Made by a program: the position numbers and the translations under genes. Of a DNA stretch of 64,000 nucleotides, positions 45,294 through 55,967 are shown piece after piece. The notes under the pieces were generated by a model. That model saw nothing but the letters and a program-made list of their open reading frames with translations. It had not been told where the DNA came from and did no database searches. The stretch's first letter is position 1; each line of letters begins with the position of its first letter. The DNA comes from Coraliomargarita sp. (GTDB taxonomy: Bacteria; Verrucomicrobiota; Verrucomicrobiia; Opitutales; Coraliomargaritaceae): assembly GCA_965216325.1 (NCBI GenBank), contig OZ244160.1, forward strand, positions 832,001 through 896,000. Direction: 5' to 3'.

Positions 45294-45785
45294 CTACCGT
45301 GATGTCAGTAGCCGCTCAGTCACGTAACGTGCAACCGCCTCGTAGTCACCCTTGTGCTGGGGGCCGACTGGCACGATTAAGGGCGTCTCCTGGTTCACGA
45401 TCTGAACTTCAAAATAGCGTGGGCTTACTGCTGGGCGGTTGGGGCCTGACGGACGATTCGTCGCTATCCTGAAAGCAAAGGACTGGATCTCAGCATAAGC
45501 GACTTCCTGCCGGATCTGTTTTGCGGGAAACTTTTTGAGAAATAGTGTCAGGCTCTCTTCGCCCAGAATAATCGGCACGCTAGAGCGAACACAGTCGATG
45601 ATTGCTGAGAAAAGGATGAGCAGTCCTGCCAGACCAAAGGGCAGCAACAAGTAAAGCGCAGCGTGTGCGGCTTTGCCCAAGAGTGGGAAAAAGCCAATCG
45701 CGCAAAAGAGCGCGCCCAAAGGCAGATAAATGAGATAAACCCATGGGGAGAAGCTTAGTTTTGGAGGCATGGGGGATGAGTTCAT
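45294..45785 (-). CDS. Hypothetical membrane protein (2 TM plus soluble tail)
   Basis: 163 aa; ATGA overlap with the upstream ORF. Confidence 0.65.
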   Translation of the reverse strand: MNSSPMPPKLSFSPWVYLIYLPLGALFCAIGFFPLLGKAAHAALYLLLPFGLAGLLILFSAIIDCVRSSVPIILGEESLTLFLKKFPAKQIRQEVAYAEIQSFAFRIATNRPSGPNRPAVSPRYFEVQIVNQETPLIVPVGPQHKGDYEAVARYVTERLLTSR

Positions 45786-46291
45786 GAAGATTCGCGTTTC
45801 TGTATTCTGATTTCAGGATAGTGTTCACGTATCACTTCAATGATTTGGCTGACAGGGTTTCCATAGTTCGGTGTGATTGCGAATCTCTCCCGATCGATGG
45901 TGATCAGCGTATAGCTATTCGGCGAATCGTCATGATCTATTTCTTCGATTTCAAAGATTCGTTTTATGGGGATTCGATATGATTTGCATAGACGTTCTAC
46001 AGGGCTCACGCACTCAATCTCTCGTTCGGTGATTCGGTAGATGAAGTCTTTGTTCGCGAGGACACTAGGCAGACCGTAGAAAAAGAACAGACCTGCGGTT
46101 ACAGCGATGACGATACCATACCAGCCGAACATAAAAATGGGGTCTTCAACCGCACCGGGAAAAATGAAGTGTTGGAATGTCCAGAATCCTATAGCGACAA
46201 TCGGGGCTAAGATCATAGTGAGAAGGCCCTCTCTTCGGCTTCCTCGCGTGTGCTCAAAGAGCAACTTTGGTTCTGCGTCCATTCTCAGCAT
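45782..46291 (-). CDS. Hypothetical membrane protein (2 TM plus soluble tail)
   Basis: 169 aa; alternative ATG at 46282. Confidence 0.68.
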   Translation of the reverse strand: MLRMDAEPKLLFEHTRGSRREGLLTMILAPIVAIGFWTFQHFIFPGAVEDPIFMFGWYGIVIAVTAGLFFFYGLPSVLANKDFIYRITEREIECVSPVERLCKSYRIPIKRIFEIEEIDHDDSPNSYTLITIDRERFAITPNYGNPVSQIIEVIREHYPEIRIQKRESS

Positions 46292-46306
46292 TCAGTTGCG
46301 TTTTTT

Positions 46307-46534
46307 TCAGCAATCCCCTCCGAAGTCGCCGCCGGATACAGTGCCGTCCACTCCACCTGAGCTGGATCGGTATTGTTCGAGTTGCTTCTTTTCGTTTTCG
46401 ATGAGCTCGTCGAAGTGCGCTTTCTGTTCATCCGAGAGCCGAATCCCGTCGGGGAGTTCTGCATTACAATGCTCGCAGCGAAGTGCTCTTCGGTTGAAGA
46501 CCGGCATGTCGCATTCTGGGCATCTGAAGTTCAT
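46307..46534 (-). CDS. Small zinc-ribbon protein
   Basis: CPEC...CEHC and a Gly-rich tail GGDFGGDC; ATG at 46534. Confidence 0.65.
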   Translation of the reverse strand: MNFRCPECDMPVFNRRALRCEHCNAELPDGIRLSDEQKAHFDELIENEKKQLEQYRSSSGGVDGTVSGGDFGGDC

Positions 46535-46557
46535 TCTTTTTTGTGCGTGATTAGACT

Positions 46558-46818
46558 TCAATCTTCAGAATGTGAAGAGAAGTTATCGATCATGCTGAAG
46601 CTACCTTTGATTCTCCAGTAGAGGATGAATCCCGCCATTCCACCAAAGAAAGTCATGACTTTTGCTTCAGTGGTGAGGAGTTCTCCTTCTTCCGAACTCA
46701 GGAATTTGGCGCTTGGGACTTGAGTGAACCAAAACAGATCGAGCAGAGTAATTCCTGTTGCGACAAAGAAAAAGAGTCGGAACCACCATAAGCTGAAGAG
46801 TGCACGAATACTGTTCAT
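46558..46818 (-). CDS. Small hypothetical membrane protein
   Basis: 86 aa with two hydrophobic segments. Confidence 0.6.
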   Translation of the reverse strand: MNSIRALFSLWWFRLFFFVATGITLLDLFWFTQVPSAKFLSSEEGELLTTEAKVMTFFGGMAGFILYWRIKGSFSMIDNFSSHSED

Positions 46819-46839
46819 TTCTTTCTGTTATTTGAGCGA

Positions 46840-46971
46840 TTACATTGACCAGCCAATTGAGCAGATCATGAGGAAGAATATGATCAGTCCAGTGATTCCT
46901 AAAATTATGATGATTGCGGCCGCTTTGGCTAAAGTGCTTTTGGATTCTTCTAATTCGTCCTTTTTATTCAT
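46840..46971 (-). CDS. Small single-TM protein (43 aa)
   Basis: Read by hand: MNKKDELEESKSTLAKAAAIIIILGITGLIIFFLMICSIGWSM; start overlaps the upstream stop. Confidence 0.55.
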   Translation of the reverse strand: MNKKDELEESKSTLAKAAAIIIILGITGLIIFFLMICSIGWSM

Positions 46972-47275
46972 TATCTGGGTTTTGATTTAAAGACTCCAGA
47001 CTGTTCTCAAGTTCTGCTAAATGCGATGCTTCAAAGTTTTCGAAATTCTCTGCGAGATCGATGAGTGCCTTATTCACCATAGAGATTTTTTCTCTGGCTG
47101 CCTCTTCTCTTCCTTCTCTTAGGTCGGCATCAATTGAATTTGTAGCCCTGATCAGAGGGTGAATTATTCCAGCCTGAAAAAATTGAATGTCCGTAGCACT
47201 GAGGAAGCTATGAAGTCTATGACTCCCAATACTGAAGACTAGTGCTGTAAGCAGGATTGTGAGTATAGTCTTCAT
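46964..47275 (-). CDS. Hypothetical protein with N-terminal signal or anchor
   Basis: MKTILTILLTALVFSIG; ATGA overlap at 47272-47275. Confidence 0.62.
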   Translation of the reverse strand: MKTILTILLTALVFSIGSHRLHSFLSATDIQFFQAGIIHPLIRATNSIDADLREGREEAAREKISMVNKALIDLAENFENFEASHLAELENSLESLNQNPDNE

Positions 47276-47628
47276 TCTTTCACCTTGACGGCTGCAGACT
47301 TTAGGCTCGAATGCTGTTTTATCGCGATAAGTGATATTATGAACAACAAGAAGCTGGCTAGTGCAGCTAGCTGTGTCTGTCTCCAATAAGCCTTTTTGAG
47401 GTCGTCCCCATACTCAACAATATCTATATAATTAATAGATATCCGATCTGGGAATTCTCCTAGTTCCTTGCGTGTGGGGTATCGGGCTTCTGCTTGGTCA
47501 GCTTGATCCAATGATATCACGGCCAAATCAATGTGTGCGTATGCTCTGACAGGTGCCACGACATGAATGGCTGTCATCAGACCCAACAACAGGGATGTGA
47601 AGAAAAGGGTAATGTAGACGATTTTCAT
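47272..47628 (-). CDS. Hypothetical membrane protein
   Basis: 118 aa with a TM segment at each end. Confidence 0.62.
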   Translation of the reverse strand: MKIVYITLFFTSLLLGLMTAIHVVAPVRAYAHIDLAVISLDQADQAEARYPTRKELGEFPDRISINYIDIVEYGDDLKKAYWRQTQLAALASFLLFIISLIAIKQHSSLKSAAVKVKE

Positions 47629-47775
47629 TCTAGTTGACTGACGAGGAGTTCGTTTATCCCACTAAATTTTGAGATATGATAGCAGTCAAACGTAACTTTG
47701 CGTAGGTGCCTTTAGTGCATGCTAGGTGAGCATGGATCGAGTTGAGAATCTAGCTTGTGCTTAGTGACTTCTCTA

Positions 47776-47804
47776 ACTGCGGGCGTCGCAAGCAACGCCC
47801 CTAC
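47776..47804. repeat. Single GTAG REP
   Basis: ACTGCGGGCGTCGCAAGCAACGCCCCTAC. Confidence 0.75.
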
Positions 47805-47809
47805 AATGA

Positions 47810-48526
47810 TCAGTGCTTCTTATTCGGAGGGCGGACGTTGTTGCCGTGGATGATTACGGTCGGTGGGCGATAGTAATAGTTCCGGTAGTAGGGCACGGGG
47901 TCGGTGTAATAGCGTAAGCCGTAGGTTTGTTGCTGGCGGAGACGCTCGGCCTCCTTGCGGAGCTTCTCGGCTTCGAGGCGTGCGGCGGCCGCTTCTTTCT
48001 CGGCTTGGGCAACGCGGATTTCCAAAGCGGCGATTTTCTCCTGATCCTTGAGCTCTTGAATTTCTTTTTGGTAATCGGCGAGGGCAGCTTCGATTTGTTC
48101 GGTCACATCGACGCTGGGGTATTGGCGTTGAAAGTTACGCCAGTAATCGACGCGTTCTTTGGCGGGCTTCACCCCGAAGGCGGCGTTTTGCAATTTGTCT
48201 GCTTTGGCAGCTTCACCTTGCGCAGTGTAGGCGGCTTCGGCTTCGGCTTTTTGTTGTAGGTGCTTTTCGCGTTCGACGCGCAGGGTCTCCTGATGGGCGT
48301 CGAACTCTTCGTCTGTCATCAAGTCGATTTGGGTGACTTTACCGTCCTCGACGGTGATCTCTCCCTGAGGGTAGAGCAAAATGGTTTTGTCACGTAGAAT
48401 GAGGTCGCCGACGGGCTTACCCAGTGCCTCCAGCGCAGCCTCTTGTGCCATGCCGAGCTCGACCTTGGTCGCTGCGGCAAAGGCCAGTGAAACGCATAGA
48501 AAGAAGGTGGGGACAATGGCTTTCAT
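47810..48526 (-). CDS. Hypothetical secreted coiled-coil protein
   Basis: Signal peptide, LGMAQEAALEALGKP motif, coiled coil, Tyr/Pro-rich tail. Confidence 0.75.
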   Translation of the reverse strand: MKAIVPTFFLCVSLAFAAATKVELGMAQEAALEALGKPVGDLILRDKTILLYPQGEITVEDGKVTQIDLMTDEEFDAHQETLRVEREKHLQQKAEAEAAYTAQGEAAKADKLQNAAFGVKPAKERVDYWRNFQRQYPSVDVTEQIEAALADYQKEIQELKDQEKIAALEIRVAQAEKEAAAARLEAEKLRKEAERLRQQQTYGLRYYTDPVPYYRNYYYRPPTVIIHGNNVRPPNKKH

Positions 48527-48593
48527 CGTTTGAACCTAGCGGGAGCTGACTGAAAATGCAAACCTGAGAGAATTGCTAGTTTATGGATATGGC

Positions 48594-48660
48594 CCACGAA
48601 TGACACAAATGAACACTAATACTTACAGAAGGGTAGATTTGTGGCGATTCGTGTAGTTTG
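48594..48660. repeat. Degenerate 9-bp-unit palindrome
   Basis: CCACGAATG ACACAAATG AACACTAAT ... ATTTGTGGC GATTCGTGT AGTTTG. Confidence 0.65.
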
Positions 48661-48710
48661 CTCCGCTATCTACGCCTTGCTTCGTGTGGGCAGAAAACCG
48701 ATAACTAGCT

Positions 48711-49640
48711 CTACGTTTCCTCTTTCGTCGGGCCTTGGAGGAAGAGCCAGACCGTGATCAGGCAGCCCCAGTAAGTGATGCCGCCGACGATTTCGTGCAT
48801 TAGCATATAGTGGTCCATCAGACTCGGGGCGAGCATCACGATGATTACGATGCGCAGGGTGTTGAAAATGAAACCAATCAGCACGCCTGTCAGAATGTTG
48901 AGCAGGGCGTCGAAGATGCTGAGTCGACGATATAGTGCCAGCAGGAAGGCGATCAGCAGACTGGTGAGAATGACACCGAAGCCATTGCACTCGGACGCGA
49001 CGTGGAAGGGGTATTGGTTTACCAGCAAAATCAGCTGCGGCACGCCCTCGTTGTTGATCATGCCGAGTTCGACGCTTTTGCCAAACCAAGACAGCACCCA
49101 TCCGCTCCATTGGCCGGCGGCATTGCGCAGGGGCCAGTCGAGGGGCTCCATCAAAATACTGAGGAACAGGAAGGCACAAAGCGTGCCGCTCACGGTAAAG
49201 ACGACACGCTTGGCCTGTTCGCCAAATAGGAACAGTGCGCCGGATGCGAGGCCGCAACAGTAGGCGGGAATACTGATCGTATTGAGCACTAAGAGGAGCG
49301 TTGGATTCTCGGCGGCTGCGGTCATCGCACTGACCTGACCGGCGATGAAGCTGAGTAAGAGTAGGCTGTAGGTAATCAGCAGGCTGCGTCGCGCCAGCGG
49401 GTTGAACTCGAGCGGATCACGGATGGTGATCCCGCCAAAGCGCACCAGAAAGACGGTTGCCATCGTGAGCACGATTAGTGCGTGGAAGATACGGCTTTGC
49501 TCCTGGGCGGTGTCCATAAACCACTGAGTGATTGGCCAGAAGGCAATGCCCATGCAGGCATATAGAAACACATGCACCCAGAAGTCGGTGGTGCGGCTTT
49601 TCTCCTTGAGGCTGGTGAGCAGTTGCTGGCGAAGTGGCAT
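48711..49640 (-). CDS. Exosortase/archaeosortase family membrane peptidase
   Basis: Multi-TM; candidate Cys-Arg-His triad in [20 protein letters not shown]. Confidence 0.85.
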   Translation of the reverse strand: MPLRQQLLTSLKEKSRTTDFWVHVFLYACMGIAFWPITQWFMDTAQEQSRIFHALIVLTMATVFLVRFGGITIRDPLEFNPLARRSLLITYSLLLLSFIAGQVSAMTAAAENPTLLLVLNTISIPAYCCGLASGALFLFGEQAKRVVFTVSGTLCAFLFLSILMEPLDWPLRNAAGQWSGWVLSWFGKSVELGMINNEGVPQLILLVNQYPFHVASECNGFGVILTSLLIAFLLALYRRLSIFDALLNILTGVLIGFIFNTLRIVIIVMLAPSLMDHYMLMHEIVGGITYWGCLITVWLFLQGPTKEET

Positions 49641-49733
49641 GAGCTAGATCGGTTGTTTGGCTAGCAGACAGGTGTGCTTAAGGAAAGTGCCGAGACTTCG
49701 TGGCAGAAACAATTTAAAAGGCTCTGTATGTAA

Positions 49734-49975
49734 GTAGTGGCAATGCTCCGTCATTGCCACTACAGAGTCCAAAGCGAATAACACTGAATGGCAACGACGG
49801 AGCGTTGCCCTCCATTTTTCGGGTGCCGGATACTGTATCTTCGACAAGCTTACGGCACTTAGCCTATCGACGGGCCGAGGCTGCCGTTCGCCAATCAATA
49901 TCGAATGCCGATCCATGATGGATTGATTTGAACGCCTCTTGGGCGAATGGTCGCCTCGGCGAAGCGACCCTACCA
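49734..49975. repeat. Composite cluster of REP-like elements
   Basis: GGAG-family doublet 49734-49814, TTCGACAAGCTTACGGCACTTAGCCTATCGAC hairpin, and a GGTCGCCTCGGCGAAGCGACCCTACC arm. Confidence 0.72.
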
Positions 49976-49986
49976 TAGCTAGGTTC

Positions 49987-52900
49987 TTATTTCCTCCGGC
50001 GCTTTTCCCATGGCTTGCGGTCGTCGATCGGTGTGACGGGGACCGCTTCAATGCGGAGGCCGACTAGGGCCGGGTGCTTGCGCAGGGCTTTGTAGTTGGA
50101 GCCATTAATGGCGATCTTGAGCGCTTTGGATGAGTCGATGTCGACCACTTGGTTGTCGACCAGGAAGCTCACCGCGACCTCCGAGGTGTGTGCGTTTTCG
50201 ATGCTGCCGCTCTTGTTGACTTTGTATTCCTCGTCGATGGTGTCGCGCAAGAGCTCTAGGAATTTAGCCGACTGTGAGTTCGGATGCAGGATGAAGTTGA
50301 TGCGTTGAATGATGCGCGGGATCGATTTCTCCAGATCGTAAACTTCGTGCGCGGTCAGGCTCATCTCGCCCTCGCGGCGATTGGTTTGGCCATGGATGAG
50401 TGCGAGCTTGCCGTTCTCCAGTGCTGCGCCGCTCTTCTCGAATGGATCCGGGAACATGATGAGTTCGTAGTTCTGGGTCCGGGTGGCGAGATTGAAGACG
50501 GCCATCTGGCGGCTGTCTCTGCGGGTGTATTTGATCTGCAAATTACTGATAATACCACCGAGGCGATAGGTGGTGCGGTCGTCGAAGTTGGCCTTGCAGT
50601 CGTCCATGCTCTTGAAGCTATCGATCGCACTATCCAGGCCCGCGTAGGCATCCATCGGGTGACCTGAAATATAAAAGCCGAGAAGGTCCTTCTCATATTG
50701 AAGCTTTTCGGCCATCGGCATTTTTTCGATATTCGGAGCCGCCTTCTTCGCCTTGTTGTCTTCGTCAGCAACACCTGCGTCGCCACCAAGCAAGTCGAAG
50801 AGGTTTTCCTGGCCGACTTCTTTGTCTTTGCGCCGCTCGTTAGCTTCAGCCAACTCTGAATCGAGATCGTGTAACAAGTGAGCGCGGTCTTGGCCGAGTG
50901 AGTCGAAGCCACCGGTTTTGATAAGGGCTTCAATTACTCGACGGTTCACGGCCTTATCGGCATTGCGGACAATAAAGTCGGTAAAGTCTTCGTAGGGACC
51001 TTCTTTTTCACGCTCTTCGATGATGACTTCAGCGGCGCCTTCACCCACGCCCTTGATCGCGGCCATGCCGAAGCGAATACTGCCTTGCTCGCCATCGATG
51101 ATCGGCGTGAAGTTACCACCGGATGCATTCACATCGGGGCTGAGCACCGGCACGTTCATCGCGTTACACTCTTCAAGGAAATTGGAGAGCTTATCCGCAT
51201 TGCCTTGTTCGGAGGTGAGCACGGCGGCCATGAACTCGACCGGATAGTTGGCCTTGAGGAACGCGGTGCGATAACTGAGCATCGCATAGGCGGCCGAGTG
51301 CGACTTATTGAAACCGTATTGCGCGAACTTTTCCAGCAAGGCGAAGATCGACTCGGCGGTCTTGCGGTCGATGTTGTTGGTCTTCTTCGCGCCGTCGATG
51401 AACACCTGCTTCTGGGCGTCCATGACTTCTTTAATCTTCTTACCCATCGCGCGGCGCAAAATATCCGCACCACCGAGTGTGTAACCGGCGATGATCTGCG
51501 CCGACTGCATGACTTGCTCCTGATAGACCAGAACGCCGTAGGTTTCCTGCACGAGGTCTTTGAGCAGCGGGTGGGGGATCTGCACAGTCGATGGATCTTT
51601 CTTACCCTCGATGAACTGTGGAATGAACTGCATCGGGCCCGGACGGTAGAGCGCGATCAACGCGATGATCTCCTCGAAGGAACTCAAGCCGATTTGGCGG
51701 CAGAGCTGCTGCATGCCACCGGATTCCAGCTGGAACACGGCAACGGTGCGACCGCTGTTGAGCAGATCGAAAGTGGGCTGGTCTTTGAGCGACACTTTCT
51801 CGATGTCGAAGTTCGGCATGTTCCGCGTGCGTTGCACATTGGTCTGTGCATCGTCGATCACGGTCAAAGTTTTGAGGCCCAAGAAGTCCATCTTGAGCAG
51901 GCCGAGATCTTCGGATGGGCCCTTTGGATACTGCGTCGTGAGGTCGCCTTCTTGCAGAGTGACCGGAATCAGATTCGTGATGTCCTGGTCAGCAATAATC
52001 ACACCACAGGCGTGCTTACCGGTGTTGCGCACCATACCTTCGATCACACGGCCTTGTTCAATGATCGTTTGGGCGACGGGGTTGTGCTTGAGCTCTTGCT
52101 GTAGCTCGGGCGATTTTTTGACCGAGTCATCCAGCGAGATATTGAGTTCGTCGGGAATCATTTTCGCCAGCTTATTGGCCTCGGCGAATTCGATGTCGTT
52201 CACACGTGCCAAGTCGCGCACCACCATCTTCGCACCGAAGGTTCCGAAGGTGATGATGTTGGCCACGCGGTCTTCGCCGTATTTGTCGCGCACGTAGTTC
52301 ACCACCTTGTCGCGGCGACGCATGCAGAAGTCGACGTCGAAGTCGGGCGGGGAGACGCGTTCCAAGTTCAGCATACGCTCGAACAGCAAACCGAAGCTGA
52401 GTGGATCGATATCGGTGATCTTGAGCACATAGGCGACCAAGCAGCCCGCACCGGAACCACGCCCCGGACCTACTGGGATGCCTTGCTCGCGCGCCCAGTT
52501 AATGAAGTCCCAAACAATCAGGAAGTAGTCGACGAAGCCGGTGCCCGCGATAATCGCGAGTTCGTATTCGAGCTGCTCACAGTAGCGCTTGTCCTCGTCA
52601 GAGGCGCTGTCCCAGTCGGCACGGCAGGCGTCGTAGTCGGTGCCGTAGCGCTCGGTCAGGCCCTCTTTACACAGTTCGAAGAGATAGAGGCCGTTGGACT
52701 TGTGCTTGGCGCGCGTTTCATCGTCCAGGGTGATGGGCTTGTGGCCATCACGGACGAGAATCTCGTTCTTCTTTTCCTCATAGATGTCGAGCACGCGCTC
52801 AAAGTTGTCGTGGTCGCTGCCGCCGGTGCCGATTTCGATCGGCTTCTCGTAAACCGGGTAGTGGTCGACGCCGAAGGGCAGTTTGACCTCACACATCTCG

Positions 52901-53724
52901 GCAATCGCGGAGGTGTTGGTAATTGCCTCGGGACACTCCTTGAAGGCGAGATCCATTTCTTCGCGCGACTTTAGGTAGAACTGCTGCGCGTCGTAGCGCA
53001 TGCGCTTCTCGTCCTTCACCTTGGCGCCGGTCTGAATGCAGAGCATCGAATCGTGCGGTTGCCAGTCGGTGTCGTTGACATAGTGCACGTCGTTGGTGGC
53101 GACGACTTTGAGGTCGAACTCAGTCGCGATCTTGAGCAGATCTGGAATGATGCGCACTTGCTCCTCGATGCCGTGGTCCATCAATTCGATGATGAAGTAG
53201 TCCTTGCCGAAGATATCGATGAACTTGGCGGCCGCGTCGCGGGCCTTGTCAAATTCGCCTGCCAACAGGTATTGCGGAATCACCGCCGCCAGACAGCCCG
53301 AGAAGCCAATCAGGCCCTCGCTGTATTTGGCCAGCGTTTCGAGGTCGGTGCGCGGGTTGCGGTAGAAGCCTTGGGTGTGTGCGATCGAAACGATCTTACA
53401 CAGGTTCTGGTAGCCTTGGAAATTGCGCGCGAGCAGGCCCATGTGACGGGACTTCTGCTTAGCACGTAGCTCGTTGACTTCTGCAAGTTTCTCTTCGTAA
53501 ACGAGATAGATTTCACAGCCGAGCAGGGGCTTGATGCCGTGTTTTTCAGCTTGTTTGAAGAAGCTAGTGAGGCCGTAGAGGACACCGTGGTCGGTGATCG
53601 ACAGGGCCTTCATGCCCAACTCTGCGGCCCGCGAGCAAAGCCGATCTACGCGAGAACACCCATCCAGCAAGCTGTGGTCAGTATGAACGTGTAGGTGGAC
53701 AAATTCGCGGTCTTTCTCGGGCAT
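49987..53724 (-). CDS. dnaE: DNA polymerase III alpha subunit
   Basis: [48 protein letters not shown]. Confidence 0.97.
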   Translation of the reverse strand: MPEKDREFVHLHVHTDHSLLDGCSRVDRLCSRAAELGMKALSITDHGVLYGLTSFFKQAEKHGIKPLLGCEIYLVYEEKLAEVNELRAKQKSRHMGLLARNFQGYQNLCKIVSIAHTQGFYRNPRTDLETLAKYSEGLIGFSGCLAAVIPQYLLAGEFDKARDAAAKFIDIFGKDYFIIELMDHGIEEQVRIIPDLLKIATEFDLKVVATNDVHYVNDTDWQPHDSMLCIQTGAKVKDEKRMRYDAQQFYLKSREEMDLAFKECPEAITNTSAIAEMCEVKLPFGVDHYPVYEKPIEIGTGGSDHDNFERVLDIYEEKKNEILVRDGHKPITLDDETRAKHKSNGLYLFELCKEGLTERYGTDYDACRADWDSASDEDKRYCEQLEYELAIIAGTGFVDYFLIVWDFINWAREQGIPVGPGRGSGAGCLVAYVLKITDIDPLSFGLLFERMLNLERVSPPDFDVDFCMRRRDKVVNYVRDKYGEDRVANIITFGTFGAKMVVRDLARVNDIEFAEANKLAKMIPDELNISLDDSVKKSPELQQELKHNPVAQTIIEQGRVIEGMVRNTGKHACGVIIADQDITNLIPVTLQEGDLTTQYPKGPSEDLGLLKMDFLGLKTLTVIDDAQTNVQRTRNMPNFDIEKVSLKDQPTFDLLNSGRTVAVFQLESGGMQQLCRQIGLSSFEEIIALIALYRPGPMQFIPQFIEGKKDPSTVQIPHPLLKDLVQETYGVLVYQEQVMQSAQIIAGYTLGGADILRRAMGKKIKEVMDAQKQVFIDGAKKTNNIDRKTAESIFALLEKFAQYGFNKSHSAAYAMLSYRTAFLKANYPVEFMAAVLTSEQGNADKLSNFLEECNAMNVPVLSPDVNASGGNFTPIIDGEQGSIRFGMAAIKGVGEGAAEVIIEEREKEGPYEDFTDFIVRNADKAVNRRVIEALIKTGGFDSLGQDRAHLLHDLDSELAEANERRKDKEVGQENLFDLLGGDAGVADEDNKAKKAAPNIEKMPMAEKLQYEKDLLGFYISGHPMDAYAGLDSAIDSFKSMDDCKANFDDRTTYRLGGIISNLQIKYTRRDSRQMAVFNLATRTQNYELIMFPDPFEKSGAALENGKLALIHGQTNRREGEMSLTAHEVYDLEKSIPRIIQRINFILHPNSQSAKFLELLRDTIDEEYKVNKSGSIENAHTSEVAVSFLVDNQVVDIDSSKALKIAINGSNYKALRKHPALVGLRIEAVPVTPIDDRKPWEKRRRK

Positions 53725-53801
53725 TGCCGATCAGATTGGAGGCGTGCTGATGCGATGCAAGGCCAAGCTCAGCCCCAGCTGTAATTCGTGCTGCAGGGTG
53801 C

Positions 53802-55106
53802 TTATTTACTGAACAAGTCGGCAAAGACGGCGGCTGCCTCGCGGAAGTTCAGGTGAATGTAGGAGGCATGTAGATTGGGGGCACGGTAGCCTTCCATGCG
53901 GCGCTTGCCGGAGGCGGCTTTTTCAACTTCCCAGAGGTTGGCGAGTTCCTCCTCGCGATCCCAACGGCTGTAGTGAAATTCATGGCCTCGAAAGGTGCCG
54001 AGTGAATGGTGCACGTGGGAGTAGCCGAAGTGCTGGAGCTGCTTGGTAAAGATGACTTTGCCGGGGATAATGCCACACATGGAGAAGGAGTCAGTCTCCG
54101 TTTGGATCGCCTCGCTGAGGAGCATGAGGCCGCCGCATTCGGCATAAATGGGGAGGCAGGCTTCGTGCTGTGAGCGGATGTCACGGAGCAGGCTGGTGTT
54201 GGTCGCCAGTTGTTGGGCGTAGACTTCGGGGAAGCCACCGCCGAGAATCAGACCGTGGATGTTGCCGGGGAGCTTTGAATCCTTTAGGGGGGAGAAGGGG
54301 ACGAGCTCGAAGCCGTTGGCCTCGAGCATCTCGAGTGAGTCGCGGTAGTAGAAATGAAAGGCTTCGTCGTGGGCGATGGCGAGGCGGCGTGGCTGTTCGG
54401 TCACCTGGGCGGGCGCGTCAAGTCGCGCCCCTACAATTGCTGGAACCCCAACCAGCTCGATGAGCCCATCTAGGTCGAGTTGTGCTTCTGCGATGGAGGC
54501 GAGGGCTTGGCGGCTAGGGAGTTCGAATTCAATGCCGGGGCGCAGGCCGAGGTGGCGTTCAGGCCAGTTGAGTTGTTCGTCGATATGGATGCCGCCAAAG
54601 ACTTTGATGCCCTCACTCTCGTAGGCAGTGCGCAGATACTGCTCATGGCCAGCCGAACGAAGCTTGTTGAAAATGACCCCTGCGACTCTTGCGGGTTGGG
54701 CCTCGGCGATGAATCCTTTGACGGCTGCATAGCTGGAACGGTTGGCACGACTCGCGTCGATGACGAGTACGATGGGCCAGTCCAGCATGCGGGCGAGCTC
54801 GACGGTGCTGCCTTGGTCGGAGTCGGGCTTCACGCCTTCGAACAGACCATCCATGCCTTCGAGTATCCCGATACCTGTGGATTGCTCAGCGAGTCGGACG
54901 ATCTCGTCCTGCGGCATCATAAACAGGTCGAGGTTGTAGGGCTCCTCGGTGCTGTAGGCCCGATGGAAGCCTGGGTCGATATAGTCGGGGCCCGTCTTGT
55001 AGGGCTGATGTGCAATGCCGCGCTCGCTCAGTCCTGCGAGTAGAATGCTGGTAACTGCAGTTTTACCCGAGCTGCCGTTGAAGGCTGAAATGACGAGGCC
55101 GCTCAT
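53802..55106 (-). CDS. cbiA: Cobyrinate a,c-diamide synthase (CbiA/CobB family)
   Basis: [51 protein letters not shown] at 55106. Confidence 0.9.
   Translation of the reverse strand: MSGLVISAFNGSSGKTAVTSILLAGLSERGIAHQPYKTGPDYIDPGFHRAYSTEEPYNLDLFMMPQDEIVRLAEQSTGIGILEGMDGLFEGVKPDSDQGSTVELARMLDWPIVLVIDASRANRSSYAAVKGFIAEAQPARVAGVIFNKLRSAGHEQYLRTAYESEGIKVFGGIHIDEQLNWPERHLGLRPGIEFELPSRQALASIAEAQLDLDGLIELVGVPAIVGARLDAPAQVTEQPRRLAIAHDEAFHFYYRDSLEMLEANGFELVPFSPLKDSKLPGNIHGLILGGGFPEVYAQQLATNTSLLRDIRSQHEACLPIYAECGGLMLLSEAIQTETDSFSMCGIIPGKVIFTKQLQHFGYSHVHHSLGTFRGHEFHYSRWDREEELANLWEVEKAASGKRRMEGYRAPNLHASYIHLNFREAAAVFADLFSK
54405..54436. repeat. GTAG REP inside the cbiA coding sequence
   Basis: Minus strand TTGTAGGGGCGCGACTTGACGCGCCCGCCCAG, translated [11 protein letters not shown]. 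Confidence 0.7.
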
Positions 55107-55112
55107 TCTTGG

Positions 55113-55175
55113 TGGAGGGCAACGCTCCGTCGTTGCCATTCTATAGTGGTGGCAACGACGGAGCGTTGCCCTCCA
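55113..55175. repeat. GGAG REP doublet
   Basis: TGGAGGGCAACGCTCCGTCGTTGCCA...TGGCAACGACGGAGCGTTGCCCTCCA with perfect arms. Confidence 0.88.
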
Positions 55176-55190
55176 GTTTTCATCTCTAAT

Positions 55191-55922
55191 TTAAGCATGC
55201 GCTCGTTTGGTAATAAAGTCCGCGAGATACTTGAGTCCGTTGGCGGTTTTGGATCCGTGCCAACAGACTTGCTCGCCGTCGATGAGTTGTGCCTCGTATC
55301 CGAATTGTTGATACTCTTTGAGGTGCTTCTCTTTGAACGGGTAGGGCTCGGTGCTGAGCAGTGCGAGGTCGGCTTTGCCCTCAAAGGATTCCGGCATGAG
55401 CGGGTAGCGCTCCTCGCTGAAGTCAGCAGCTAGGTTGAAGCCGCCGGCTGCTTTCAGCATGGCTGCAATGTAGGTTCCATTGTTCGCGACGCGTTGGCGC
55501 GGGTGGTGCCAGATGAAATACAGATAGCTGAATGGGTGGGCTACCGCACGTAGCTCTCCGAGCGCGGTATCAATCTCGGCTGCGATGCTTTCGGCCTTGT
55601 CGCTGGCCTTGAAGACTTCACCAAGATCGAGGACGAATTGCTTCGACTCTTCAATGGTAACGGGTGTGTGGACGACGGTCTCGCAGATGTCTTCGGCGAT
55701 GCTGCGTTGAGTGTGGTCGTTCTCCTCTAGATTGAACAGGATGTGGGTGGGCGCGAGCGATTCGATGGCATCCCAGTCCGGATCTTTGGTGCCGCCGACT
55801 GTGGGGATGGCGCCGGTGGGATTTGCACAGTAACGGGTGCGGCCGACGATGAAATCGCCTAGGTCGAGATCAAACAGCGTGAGCGTGGTGGAGGGACAGA
55901 GGGAAACAATTCGGTAAGACAT
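55191..55922 (-). CDS. BtuF-like helical backbone metal receptor without signal peptide
   Basis: RIVSLCPSTT, VGRTRYC, VGGTKDP, EEN, LSTEPYPF, IDGE..WHG. Confidence 0.82.
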   Translation of the reverse strand: MSYRIVSLCPSTTLTLFDLDLGDFIVGRTRYCANPTGAIPTVGGTKDPDWDAIESLAPTHILFNLEENDHTQRSIAEDICETVVHTPVTIEESKQFVLDLGEVFKASDKAESIAAEIDTALGELRAVAHPFSYLYFIWHHPRQRVANNGTYIAAMLKAAGGFNLAADFSEERYPLMPESFEGKADLALLSTEPYPFKEKHLKEYQQFGYEAQLIDGEQVCWHGSKTANGLKYLADFITKRAHA

Positions 55923-55930
55923 TTTTTGAA

Positions 55931-55963
55931 AAAGTAGAAGCGGAAGGACGCCGCTTCTACTTT
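55931..55963. repeat. Short GTAG-ended hairpin (REP-like or terminator)
   Basis: AAAGTAGAAGCGG-AAGGACG-CCGCTTCTACTTT. Confidence 0.6.
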
Positions 55964-55967
55964 AGGT

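Noticed and set aside
49644..50051. 135-aa ORF between dnaE and the exosortase
   Set aside because: Runs through the REP cluster and overlaps dnaE; likely spurious.
49987..53724. Intein or split in dnaE
   Set aside because: Length is ordinary and I see no splice-junction or LAGLIDADG motifs; the short extra segment after the PHP domain is too small.
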